Virus record (IMG/VR): IMGVR_UViG_3300025066_000004
DNA: 64,000 nucleotides
Reading direction: 5' to 3' (one strand)
Source of the DNA: an uncultured virus (IMG/VR IMGVR_UViG_3300025066_000004)
Lineage: Duplodnaviria > Heunggongvirae > Uroviricota > Caudoviricetes
The notes beneath the pieces are model-generated. The model saw nothing but the letters and a program-made list of their open reading frames with translations. It was not told the DNA's origin and searched no databases. A program made the position numbers and the translations under genes. This document shows positions 36,901 to 43,082 of this stretch, in pieces (the stretch's first letter is position 1; every line of letters begins with the position of its first letter).

Positions 36901-37139
36901 GACAATTCCAACCTTTTCCCACCATGAATAGTTGGAACTAGGTAAGACTTATCTTGAATCTGAAGAGTCCTAGTTTCTTCGGTAGCAGAATCCCTACCAT
37001 TCCGAGAAGTAATGATAGGCTTTGTCTCGTCTATCTCAGTATCTCCCGGGAACTCTCCATAGGGGGTCATTCTAGCAAGATCAAGGAGATCCTGGGGGTC
37101 TAACTCCGACAACTGCTCAGGAGTAAGAGGACTTTGCAT
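24942..37139 (-). CDS. Giant (4065 aa) polyvalent virion/ejection protein: tandem FtsK-gamma-like wHTH, HExxH zincin-like motif, LPD38-like region, C-terminal thermonuclease
   Basis: Position after ejection genes; TLVHENAH; RFPQPFE; VVDGDS..IRLIGVDAPE...YGRTL...GLW. Confidence 0.85.
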   Translation of the reverse strand: MQSPLTPEQLSELDPQDLLDLARMTPYGEFPGDTEIDETKPIITSRNGRDSATEETRTLQIQDKSYLVPTIHGGKRLELSDDEDINNLWLEDLVLRGKILPVGSYASPEVAGLRAKHRSEAIGATLQKRFEEQDAAIPFRGFMVPTIDEAGREMYHVLDKRDAEKLLEDDELETPQEKVAKAQELVEAGKFLPQQTFNTTQEAFQYISQKEREAPLQEDLEAQALDSFFKGTIGQQETRRKEVERLYQKSSEGLNLTPEESGILAFDRLLGPLKEGATPLDEYERQRALADKQLVGIQESMPGINKALREINDVGSIREFIDIVEVGSESGITSLAHQAQGFYKFSQDILHEVLPTFFDEAIHTADEKAQRLAERNGFQEYYRQNGLDKPFLAQTGELIREGDVARLLGYLGGVLYEGGLSMLPPVLAGTAVAGIGGGLAAGGRSLGAGFLGRALTGAGAGLATPIAGMASASLAGAGQSGGATYLETYDKTGDRDLSLRAGFTAAAITGGTSILMYPLMAAASSRLGIAGGQIGSRTVDQSWGNKTMNFIERRFLLAGQASTKGSKAFAGALTGTLAGGLGEAAQELSDEILHHALVPGKSLDDLTWDQIAQIIFVSAFMGAGEKYTGLLNFVSNEVSEQEIRTALSLAKGEEIGTFQSQIIEQRKKAIQSPITRAMVRVAGDSILLDPTFRLPDETHWEDIHRAEQAAKAQQQKTGKLPDQGLRDVQGPVASPDAVDYTKTTEGEESADFKAFKHDFGFATDEARETTLRKYGADPTALTDSLLQNGMNVGRAKSLANLRFKIATVIEQKGLVDSVSVENFNRIFGLAYQSALGMVKNSLDAKNPITIDQAVNKVQYQVLNNLVADKESATLASLLPRAQEALGRKVQYTIEDIYNFYTALRRDVPDTAQRVQLMVDHFLGSAPMEADHAMDQDEVTELMEGQRFSDGESYENREGFHVETLEREGDLSDEELLADSADAAGVSLESLEAEPDLLVDEGSEPTDASLRKLEEDPGYPEAQKLLESEVQRLAEEGPEDSASSAKSEESLPSEDRPAPMDQVLQDLIGEAPYEKRKTARRQEAAKAEGEFYPGTVIPMVRVPDPWVYERSKIDYSAQSGIVPPGQAVTKDEFGVPTIDNDHQILAQLFNWGYDLQEGMSVARVDGDVADLGYKDQKRPYTQKELNEIFEKATAHQERLKQLQYEKFQELDGQLDRLSGIGANLKNSLFIGESSENLTPGASKFLLQVGDLLRSPKILNKKLQTLPTGVISGEERAGVSHAVDALQNVIYRLRDTELASAKAQIKDAEAAPPAYRGASYRSAKEIKNLTPSEKYPSVYESLTAREKRIFKGLEKVKLVKWKIAKIIEAQRSIIRASRASDASYLAGWNDIQAGFLQADSVLQLASNSLQTALEGTPPPQLTTPKKLEKVLELQKAFIKRVMEDVGSDLELGKMALDLEVYYNVKASREPLIVFEAALTKKLFPHPKTKKEREAREFSDNERAATKLFKKNAAEASETYGAKLLDEVPAPFRARDDQITRDELTQIEVLEAKRIQLFEILEAEQTRQSMDSYVRVKIREALPKGQVKTEKQVKKELFRNWAETKDTNPSLTEEDYQNLRDAREEELKNDFYYFATGLAKLFKLDTGQDPLGFKRKDVSEISADLLETNPIFTDNPLLETGLVTPSLTYPWSFNLSYMGEDEINPLTGEQRPSQLEVISRETSELLKTLLLDKNATPAYTQLEKIHLNGRTPSRKQRLVFAQTANTHFKGIAEYASINGARNRFIQDFFGDLLYGLSNANQKRKDSAPDKKTGKLSPWERKTPPRVLPTYDVDPNNPKDIPSQLDILTKQHDFYVLEQKVLNGEIGPPEVEKTFEVPKGFEHITSKRALEAARKKNPEEYPEDLFWGYTEVTRGAAGFLGGKLKPSREHKVMRRVTKDVVPPSPDMTNRMFPSAEKATKQAGDSQYQKYIAYKQYQQYLELGKSFIWDALKQESKPHQTREEKATKASFKEVEKGASEYLKSSEAKKLEAGKVTTTSLTFQYLHEFEVQKTEGLKEAHLNSHSRFLKLLGEVAQEAVSRVDPATLFHGRIPAFRKLPIQKKKDLRTFHLDKKLVDKKITNSKQFDAAKRANPNKYKGRFWVTVPATKKRAEQSGIGYSETKVARKETFIQNLLHEIMPNFDRLSETSRNQLRGALYNYFITAGEYLDNVELARMPFAEYVATVSNIPLDQVRKIATQFEDNRHAAIQQMRGATKATIQEVIKSLKQQGAKKEKEKAQLKKRKEKKAELLKDLENTSKVAWSPEQLILSLEEAISVLDKGTHEDTKSDTGGYPNSLAPIPSNVDTVAPLLPLDLDHEAEAADFRKFAKDQDQRTYEDILARASEIASSDHWPGYVSVPLLQEELNLTPGQARIILKTLTGQNTVRYKAAGKAGFFEFVKSQDQRIYGKTLVQAYHIALEKGYVSVPLLQEKLNIESDQAQIIIKTLYAQNIVGRLEKVLPVPGAPPPKATPKATSLARQLRAAKDTAKKLRESFRIRYQLTSKVQAIQNTFIDKYTKELEKKGVKLEAPIQGLNLPQLLELTDILLGLNLGFAEWKPTAEKGDTKEIVNGANVLKNQKSRATRAVIAMKNLIFKMNPELNLEEHFSSKEKNKIFPTDLYAAVFHQMKEFLIDATKKPDAATASNADIHLGYREILRNRYEQVGKEVDALLEKIKKQFIVNSGPLTEEQQIDFIENISIIQGIAGRIARRNMHLDVRTRLLDSFKVDLHEVQGNEKFTARVHGQLLSDPISQRYVIQMFKTGGVETLVHENAHLLRKVLSVADLRYVRRIIGMNPEDEWQDFHQGSGITFEERFASLMEGWTLRFKTRTPKEQKIYTKIKNWVVTAFGLIPDPEYLAHRMNDEELYQYSFTTETGVGTEQGARTHAQVMEELQYRTLKKWFVELDPKVQGKNPSFELRKGLVGHFNSLVLDSKMDTLDIDRDILLSNPSASRSILQDVGFALRLMMSSSGQAYNALAHGFYNPYSNEIDQIAAVLKAGGSYDKETREFTSVNGKKPQHKARRTILHFQQPLVLINKLKDSVGQQYFPSSNAHEYSQSVLKFAQYQALMKAAADPNVKKASMDNTREKKVEQILKDVSPEYAALLQEGVDIFEENLQHTKEFLESSGVFIPQEIQDADPYRLDLQITKTLSRYSQYKNRVLGGKSADISNASDFYPDQGDSSSKVLGAMEAIIFLVDDAFTIGNKNRAHITLTRRLQMAADPNTYGRKFTSTEAALLTLSQRDKLQRVFTQDANGDPIIEYWLYTPAIQQYFEALDPNSIEQNPLMRMLEVSGELAEPVTRLKKFFITHGIPFLHRNPTRDLQSAAIQSRIAQKIGAWAYLKNYSGSAIKEAVQEVFLENKKFDFTEDVPLDTFIRELSGGGFVDVLATHQNYSDTLATHMARFSETGKDFVVTPGTVDGIIRNLRAVRDKIPILKYLKGKNIAASESLTRNVEFRATYDELIKQGVDPIEARMMAVSESLDLLDYAKVGYAMRHINKIVLFSNAGVQGLWRTIRSFAENPGAVVTPENIARNMPRVFGAWFLYVVAPRLFFRLLSLGTGEDDEDEDYRQQDAASRDYFITVPYNILPGFDGPSNFRLRFPQPFEHSVLAAGVDRAIDKFILDDPNAFKGYSRSVYQSLFPLSDAHWSGPFSTFTQILQNRNHRFDSPIVSDVETQLPLDMRFGNKYSGFVAKMLQDLTGVDARYYEFATRDFGAYYGNFAVDLDRALGNMSLKPEQDIGGFALDSLLGFAKYQTPSTLRDARTILDEAKEGNPAFQGAAKTVRSANNAWYRSAASGDNEESAKIRKRIRDYSKKTVREKNHLLGEGSTFVEDLTRPLSNKAYPGSDVSHLPADSEVKVEAPAISKEVAKQLGKKVTPTLVKKLTNTILTGYPTVVDGDSLVIRNTPIRLIGVDAPEKNQTCIANGEEYKCGETSLKALKLLIGDKKVTCEDRGSGGYGRTLGLCAVDGVQISPWLAQNGHAVAYKKFGKEMVFYQNLAKDDKVGLWAEGVTFQMPWDFRKHGPDEPKGSK
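29670..30070 (-). repeat. ~204-nt tandem duplication encoding two FtsK-gamma-like domains
   Basis: TTCCTGCAGCAAAGGTAC-GAAACGTA-CC at ~29742 and ~29946; protein DQRxY...GYVSVPLLQExLN....QAxIIxKTL..QN.V twice. Confidence 0.8.
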
Positions 37140-37155
37140 ATTTTTCCCTTATACG

Positions 37156-40100
37156 TTACTCGCCAAGGTCGTCAAGGTTTCCCTCGGCTTTAAAAAGCTC
37201 TACAAGATTGCTAGGCCCACCCTTCCCAGCAAGAGTGTTCCCCACCCCATCCAACAGAGCTGAGACCGTAGATCGGAAGTCTAAGATAAAGTCGAGAAGG
37301 GGATCTGGGTCATCCCCCCCCAGAGCCAGTTTATTCCCCTCAATTTCTCTAAGAAGGTTCAAATAGGGGACTTTCGCATTATTACGGAAAAACCCTCCAA
37401 CCGCCTCTATAGATCTTTCAAGAACTCTTTCCGCATCGTTAACTTTTTCGTCTCCGCCATACTCTATCTTTGCCTCAATTTCAGGGTCTGGGTTTAGCAC
37501 CCTTGCAATCTTAGGATTTGCCAGCCCTTCAAGAATAACCTTCGTGACTTTTCTACCTTTTGGAGTTTCGAAAAGAGCTCTGAACTGTTCAAACCCTAAC
37601 CCCCTAATCGTATTTGCCAGCCCTGTCTTAGACCAAAGCTGGTGAGATGCCGTCCCTGTCCCAATGACCTCAATAAGCTGGTCCCTCTCAAACGTGATAA
37701 TCTGCCTCCGCTTTAGAGCCCGTTTTAACACTTTTGACATCTCACGGAATCCCTCAGGGTCAAACACTGCGGAACTAATTGGAGAGGAGTCCGGAGAAGC
37801 ATTTGTGGAATCTACGGCAGCTTTTAAGTAGTTCTTAGCTTCTACAAGAAAGTCTTTACGATTTTTTTGGACTTCTTCTTTAGAGATTGGGGCCTTAAAC
37901 CTTTCTATCCCGCCAAGCGTTTCAACGAGTCTGGAGGTATAGGCATCCTCCGTATCCTCACCACGTTCTTGAAGTTGAGAATCACCCTTTAAATCAGTAG
38001 GATAGTTCTTTAGGAGCTCAGGCTGAACCGTCTTGTCAGAGGGGAGGTTAACACCAATATGCTTGTGAGCGATGCTATTTGAAAGAGAGGACCCTTGAAC
38101 TGGGGCAAACTCTCCCCCGGTAATGGTTCCATCTCCGTTAGGCTTTCTAGTCCTATACCCAGATTGCTTTTTCTTCCTTTCCCATTTTTCTTCGTCTGAT
38201 TCTTCATCATCAAAACTAAGTGTAGAAAGCTCTGCCTCCGACTCTTGGTTTCTTTCCTCTATTTTCTCAGGGTCGAGCCACCGTACCCCGTCAGGAGTTT
38301 TACGGATATTCTCGTCCAACCGAGTAAAGATCCTCTTCACCTTTAAAAAAGTTTCTTCCGCTGCCCCATACTCTCGATTCGCCCTTTCTTCCCGTACCCT
38401 ATCCGTAGGTGTCGCATCTTGTCCTAGATTTTTTACGTGGTTCATTGCGGCGTTCTTTCTCGTAAGAGCTTTTCTTTCTTCGCTCCCGAGTAATTGAAGC
38501 TGTTGTTGGAGCCCAATATATGCTTGGTGTAGCGGTATTCTTTTACTCACTAGTAATTTACCCCTTTTCTGGGGGTCAGTTTCATTTAAAAAATCCCCCA
38601 AGGATATAAAAGAGGGGACCAATAGCCCGAGATTTTCAGCTTCCAGCCCAGTTACTTGTAACAGTTGCCCAGCAGAAGTATCCTTGATTTTAATCTTATA
38701 CCGATCTGAAACTATCTTCTCTTTTGCCATTGTTTTAAAAACAGGGATATCTTGCAGGTCAACACCTGGGTACGCCTTCTGAATAAACTCAGGCTCGTTT
38801 AGCTGTTCTAAAGTAAGGGTGCCCTTTTGGATGCTAGAACGAATGTCTTCAGACGCACCAGCAGCTTTGGCCTCAAGAATTAAATCTATTCCTCGTTGGA
38901 TTAAGGGGGTATCCTCGGGCCCCAGGCCAAGGAGCCTAGCATTTTTGTCTATTTCCGCCTTACGGAGGGTAAGGTCGCCATGAAAGTTAGGGTTTCGGGC
39001 ATTCCTAGTAACGATGTCTTTAGCAAAATAAGAAATCGCCGCTCTTTTTTCTTTAAAACTAGCATTGGCGGAGGATAGCTCTTGTATCTCCTCCTCTTTT
39101 ACCGCTAACCTAACCGCTTTTAAAACTTTTTCTGTCGAATACGGTATAAGGGCCTCCGGGACCCCCGCTTGTCGAAGGAAAAACTTTGCGGTAGGCGAAT
39201 TGTCAGGACGTACCGCTACGGTATTCTCAATAGCTTTGCGATACAACTCGGGAACATCTCCTCCAGTGGTAAAGGCTTTTGCTAGAGGTGGGAGGGCCTT
39301 CTCTGTCTTGGCCTTCTTAGCAGCGTTAAAAACGTGGGGGACAATTTCAGGAGGAAGCCCTTCCACTCTAATCAGGTAATCTGCCGCTGCTCTAAAGTCG
39401 GTGAGGTTAAGGAGGTTTAGTCTTTCTACTGCCTTCTTAGGGTCGATTGACCCCCCTCTTCCTCGAGAAAAAATAGATCTACCAGTACTCCCAGACCGAG
39501 TTTTAACCCCTCTATTCTGAGCCGTCAGAAGAGAAATCTGGTTCTTGAGATGCTGAGACTGTAGGGCGTAATCTTCCTTTAACTCTTTTCTCTCTCTATC
39601 CTGAATTTGCTGAGTTTTTAATTTCTCGTAATACGCACGAGCCTTTTCCTCTAACTGAGGGTTCCCAGAGAACATTCCTTGCTCTAGTTGCATCCCCAAC
39701 TTAGCTACCGGGTCACTGATAGAGTTGATTAAGTCTTTTTGCTGATTAATATCAAACTGCTCAGACTTCATTGCCCCCGTTACTCCAGCACGGAATTCAT
39801 CTCCAACTCCTCCCCAGTTAGCTAACCCTTCAAATAAATAAGAGAGGGCTCCTCGATCATGGGGGTTCTTAAGATTCTGAACCGCTTTCTCAACTCCCTC
39901 TGGCTCTCCTCCTCCTTCTGGAGCTTCGATATTCTGGAAAGTAAAAGGAGAATCTTCTTGGATAAAAGGAGAATCTTGCACCATGGACCGTGACTGTCTA
40001 GGGCTGCTGGGATCACGCAGTGCTTGGTGATTTCGTAACTCCGCAAGGGGGTGTGGAGCGGAACTCGAATTAGCAGTTTGCATAGCTTGGTATCCCGCTA

Positions 40101-40230
40101 TAATCTCCGCCTCCTCTTCTGGAGTTGGCTCTCCAGGATCTTCTTCCAGCTGTCGAAAAACTAGAGGGGAGTCCGAATCCAAGTGCTTTCTAAAACTCGA
40201 GCTTAATGTATCACGGGGAGCCATTGCCAT
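37156..40230 (-). CDS. Putative internal virion (ejection) protein, 1024 aa
   Basis: Helical, charged; between the small pilot-like gene and the giant protein as in podoviruses. Confidence 0.65.
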   Translation of the reverse strand: MAMAPRDTLSSSFRKHLDSDSPLVFRQLEEDPGEPTPEEEAEIIAGYQAMQTANSSSAPHPLAELRNHQALRDPSSPRQSRSMVQDSPFIQEDSPFTFQNIEAPEGGGEPEGVEKAVQNLKNPHDRGALSYLFEGLANWGGVGDEFRAGVTGAMKSEQFDINQQKDLINSISDPVAKLGMQLEQGMFSGNPQLEEKARAYYEKLKTQQIQDRERKELKEDYALQSQHLKNQISLLTAQNRGVKTRSGSTGRSIFSRGRGGSIDPKKAVERLNLLNLTDFRAAADYLIRVEGLPPEIVPHVFNAAKKAKTEKALPPLAKAFTTGGDVPELYRKAIENTVAVRPDNSPTAKFFLRQAGVPEALIPYSTEKVLKAVRLAVKEEEIQELSSANASFKEKRAAISYFAKDIVTRNARNPNFHGDLTLRKAEIDKNARLLGLGPEDTPLIQRGIDLILEAKAAGASEDIRSSIQKGTLTLEQLNEPEFIQKAYPGVDLQDIPVFKTMAKEKIVSDRYKIKIKDTSAGQLLQVTGLEAENLGLLVPSFISLGDFLNETDPQKRGKLLVSKRIPLHQAYIGLQQQLQLLGSEERKALTRKNAAMNHVKNLGQDATPTDRVREERANREYGAAEETFLKVKRIFTRLDENIRKTPDGVRWLDPEKIEERNQESEAELSTLSFDDEESDEEKWERKKKQSGYRTRKPNGDGTITGGEFAPVQGSSLSNSIAHKHIGVNLPSDKTVQPELLKNYPTDLKGDSQLQERGEDTEDAYTSRLVETLGGIERFKAPISKEEVQKNRKDFLVEAKNYLKAAVDSTNASPDSSPISSAVFDPEGFREMSKVLKRALKRRQIITFERDQLIEVIGTGTASHQLWSKTGLANTIRGLGFEQFRALFETPKGRKVTKVILEGLANPKIARVLNPDPEIEAKIEYGGDEKVNDAERVLERSIEAVGGFFRNNAKVPYLNLLREIEGNKLALGGDDPDPLLDFILDFRSTVSALLDGVGNTLAGKGGPSNLVELFKAEGNLDDLGE

Positions 40231-40970
40231 TATATCCTCCAGTCTTTCGTAGCATTCCCAATCATCGGAGCGAAAATTTCCCCAAACGGACTCTTCCTTG
40301 TAGCATTAGCGTAGATGTTCGCCACATTCTGACTCCCACTCTGAGCCCCTTTGATCGCAGAGATAAGACTGTTTACCGAAGGGTTATTCATCCCCATCCC
40401 CAGGAGGTCTCTAGACAGAGCCCTACGCTGAGTAAACGGACGGTCTTGTTCAGCCTTATCGAAGTTGTACCTCAAGTTCTCATTAGCTCTCAACTGAGTT
40501 AGAGTTTGTTGCTGGAGTTGATTTTGGGCATTAACCGCAGCATTACTTGAAGCCATGTTAGCTTGGAGTTCATTGCCAAACAGAGCCATCCCGAGGCCCC
40601 CGCTCCCTGACCCAGACATACCCCCAACTCTTCGGCGTAAAGCTCTCCGGGAACCTGAGAATTGAGACCTGGCAGCTTGAACCGCTTGCCCAATTAAAGC
40701 GGGGTCTTGAGAGAAGATCTCGGGAGCGGGGATTTGAGGCCGTTTAACATCTATTCCAGAAAAAAGATCTCGGAGATTCGAGATCCCTTGCATCGACCCC
40801 CGACGACGTAAATCCATAAGGGGTTTACTGGCGGCGTACTCATCACGAGCAATCCCTAGCAACTCTGCATTAAGAGCTCGGATATCCGCTGCCGACTGTT
40901 GCGCCGCTTTTTGTTTTTGGGTATTCCCGGTACGGATAAACTTCTTTTCAAATTCCCTGAACCAACCCAT
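40230..40970 (-). CDS. Putative small ejection/pilot protein
   Basis: G/A/Q/N-rich low-complexity helical protein, GAGG SD. Confidence 0.65.
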   Translation of the reverse strand: MGWFREFEKKFIRTGNTQKQKAAQQSAADIRALNAELLGIARDEYAASKPLMDLRRRGSMQGISNLRDLFSGIDVKRPQIPAPEIFSQDPALIGQAVQAARSQFSGSRRALRRRVGGMSGSGSGGLGMALFGNELQANMASSNAAVNAQNQLQQQTLTQLRANENLRYNFDKAEQDRPFTQRRALSRDLLGMGMNNPSVNSLISAIKGAQSGSQNVANIYANATRKSPFGEIFAPMIGNATKDWRI

Positions 40971-40988
40971 GTTCCACCTCTTTATCCT

Positions 40989-40998
40989 ATTCTAGCAT
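40989..40998 (-). promoter_or_regulatory. Possible extended -10 promoter (TGCTAGAAT) for the ejection/lysis operon
   Basis: TGnTAGAAT about 20 nt upstream of ATG 40970, just after a terminator. Confidence 0.4.
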
Positions 40999-41007
40999 TT
41001 TTACAGG

Positions 41008-41040
41008 AGTAAAGACGGAGACTAGACTCTAGCCCCCGCC
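41008..41040 (-). terminator. Terminator-like hairpin after 41065..42606
   Basis: GGCGGGGGCTAG AGT CTAGTCTCCGTC TTT on - strand. Confidence 0.55.
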
Positions 41041-41064
41041 CTAACTCTCTTAAATCTCTAAGAC

Positions 41065-42606
41065 TTAGTAAAAGAACCCAAGAACTTCAAAAGCAAGTCC
41101 TGCGGTAACAGCCCTTTCTAAGTTCAAAGTTGTATCACCAGTGATAGTGTAGTCTTTACCTACGCCTTCTTCTAACTGCATACCGTTATAGAAAACAGTT
41201 GGAGCGCCGTAGATCCCAGAAATATATGACGAGAGATCTACTGAATCATCAGCAGTAATTCCCGTCCAGTTTCCGGTACCATCTTGAGTGGTCTCTTGGA
41301 TCTTAGAGTACTGACCAACCTGAGCGTTTGTCCCGTTAGAGATATACACTTGGCCTTCAGTAGTCAAACCCCCACAGTTATCGTTATTGATCGTTCCAAC
41401 AGCAAGGGCATTACTGGAGTGAACAACAGTACTGTTATCCACAACCATACCAACACCGTTAGTACTAACATTCACTGCGGCAACAGTAGCGCCTGTCTCA
41501 GTATCTCGGTTAATTTGTAGTCCGGTACTAAACTCAAGACCAGGGGTAGAAGCAAGTTCAACTTCGAGCTTATTGCTGGCAATCTTCAGACCTTTATCAG
41601 ACCCAAAGTCAGCAGCAAGAGTTCCGGCAGAGAAGGAGAGTCCATCTCCAGCAGCCGCACTAGCAAGTTGAATGTCCACACCAGATTTAGTCAGACCAGT
41701 AGAAGCAGTGGTTGCCTCAAAACTCTTAGTAGACCAACTAGACCCACCATAGTAATAAAGAACCGTGGTCTCGTCATCTACAGAAACAAAAGAACCTGTA
41801 TCAGGATCTTTGTATTCCCATTGACTACCACTGTCGTCCCACTGAGCAATTTGATCTTCCTTACCCGCCCAAGCTCCAGTTGCTGTTGCAATAATTAAAT
41901 ACCTAGCGTCATCATCAGGGGACCCAGGAGGAGCCGCAAGACGAGTGAGTACAGATTCATGCCATTCATTCCCCGCCAGGGCATCAACAACATGAGTTTG
42001 CATTTGAGCGACGGTACAGGAATCTTGAGAAGCAGCTTCCCCGTCAGTTAACCCGGTGAACTTATTAGAGTTCATGGGAATGCTACCCGTTACAGTTGTG
42101 CTACCATCTACCGTCATAGGCAAGGTAGCTAACTTAGTTAAGGCAATTGCAGCAGAAGCGTTAACATCTGAGTCAACAATAGTTCCTGCAGCTATCTTCG
42201 CAGAAGTTATCGCGTTATCTGCAATCTTCGCAGTTGTAACTGCGAGAGCATTGATCTTCGCAGTCTCAACAGCAGAAGCCGCAAGATGCTCAGTATCAAT
42301 AGCCAAGTCAGCTACTTTAGTGCCGTCAATACAATCAGCAGCAAGCTCAGCAGTATCAACCGCAAGAGCCCCAATCTTCGAATTGGTTACTGCCCCAGCC
42401 CCCAGTTTCGCCTCAACAACGGACCCAGTGCCAAGCTTTCCAGCCGTGACATTAGCATCCAAGATCTTCGCGGTAGTGATGTTGTCATCTAAAATCTTCG
42501 CGGTAGTTACCGCATCATCCACGATCTTTGCAGTAGTTACCGCATTATCGAGGATCTTCACCGTAGTGATCGCATTACTAGCGATCTGATCAGCTACAAA
42601 ACTCAT
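41065..42606 (-). CDS. Virion fibre protein: N-terminal decapeptide repeats + DUF2793-like domain
   Basis: About 14 repeats like AVTTAKIxDx; PPGSP...YLI...ATGAWAGK..QIAQW. Confidence 0.75.
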   Translation of the reverse strand: MSFVADQIASNAITTVKILDNAVTTAKIVDDAVTTAKILDDNITTAKILDANVTAGKLGTGSVVEAKLGAGAVTNSKIGALAVDTAELAADCIDGTKVADLAIDTEHLAASAVETAKINALAVTTAKIADNAITSAKIAAGTIVDSDVNASAAIALTKLATLPMTVDGSTTVTGSIPMNSNKFTGLTDGEAASQDSCTVAQMQTHVVDALAGNEWHESVLTRLAAPPGSPDDDARYLIIATATGAWAGKEDQIAQWDDSGSQWEYKDPDTGSFVSVDDETTVLYYYGGSSWSTKSFEATTASTGLTKSGVDIQLASAAAGDGLSFSAGTLAADFGSDKGLKIASNKLEVELASTPGLEFSTGLQINRDTETGATVAAVNVSTNGVGMVVDNSTVVHSSNALAVGTINNDNCGGLTTEGQVYISNGTNAQVGQYSKIQETTQDGTGNWTGITADDSVDLSSYISGIYGAPTVFYNGMQLEEGVGKDYTITGDTTLNLERAVTAGLAFEVLGFFY

Positions 42607-42629
42607 AAAAACTCCTTCTAAGTCTCAAG

Positions 42630-43082
42630 TTAAATGTTTAGCTTTTTCGTATAATTCGTTACAATCTCTTCAGTGACTCCGATACCATTTGGAAAGTTCT
42701 CTTCGGAAAAGTGGATTGCAAACTCTCCGTCTAATTCCACTTTAGAAGTCACCATCTGCCCATTTCTAAAAACCTGACAGCCTTCATAATCAAATTTGGT
42801 TTTATAGTTTCTACTGTCGACTCTTTCAGCGGGCTCCCCCAGTACTGGAACCAAGAGGTTCTGTAATGCGGTATAGAGCTCGGGGGACATAGTCCCTGCC
42901 GCTGTAGTAGTTGCAGGTTTATTTGTGGTCTGAGATTCTAAGGTATCAAGTCTCTTAGCGAAACTCTCTACCTTCTTAACGATTTTTAGAAGTTGAGCTT
43001 TTAGATTAAGCCAATCATCCTCTTTGAGAAAGACATTTAAAAGAGGTGCGGCACGTTGCTTTTTCTTAGGGGGAGGAGCCAT
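42630..43082 (-). CDS. Hypothetical virion protein
   Basis: TAATG coupling; C-terminal VFRNG beta domain resembling the end of 41065..42606. Confidence 0.7.
   Translation of the reverse strand: MAPPPKKKQRAAPLLNVFLKEDDWLNLKAQLLKIVKKVESFAKRLDTLESQTTNKPATTTAAGTMSPELYTALQNLLVPVLGEPAERVDSRNYKTKFDYEGCQVFRNGQMVTSKVELDGEFAIHFSEENFPNGIGVTEEIVTNYTKKLNI

Noticed and set aside
24942..37139. Virion RNA polymerase as in N4 or crAss-like phages
   Set aside because: No T7-type polymerase motifs or DxDGD/DFDID motif recognised; motifs fit a polyvalent protein instead
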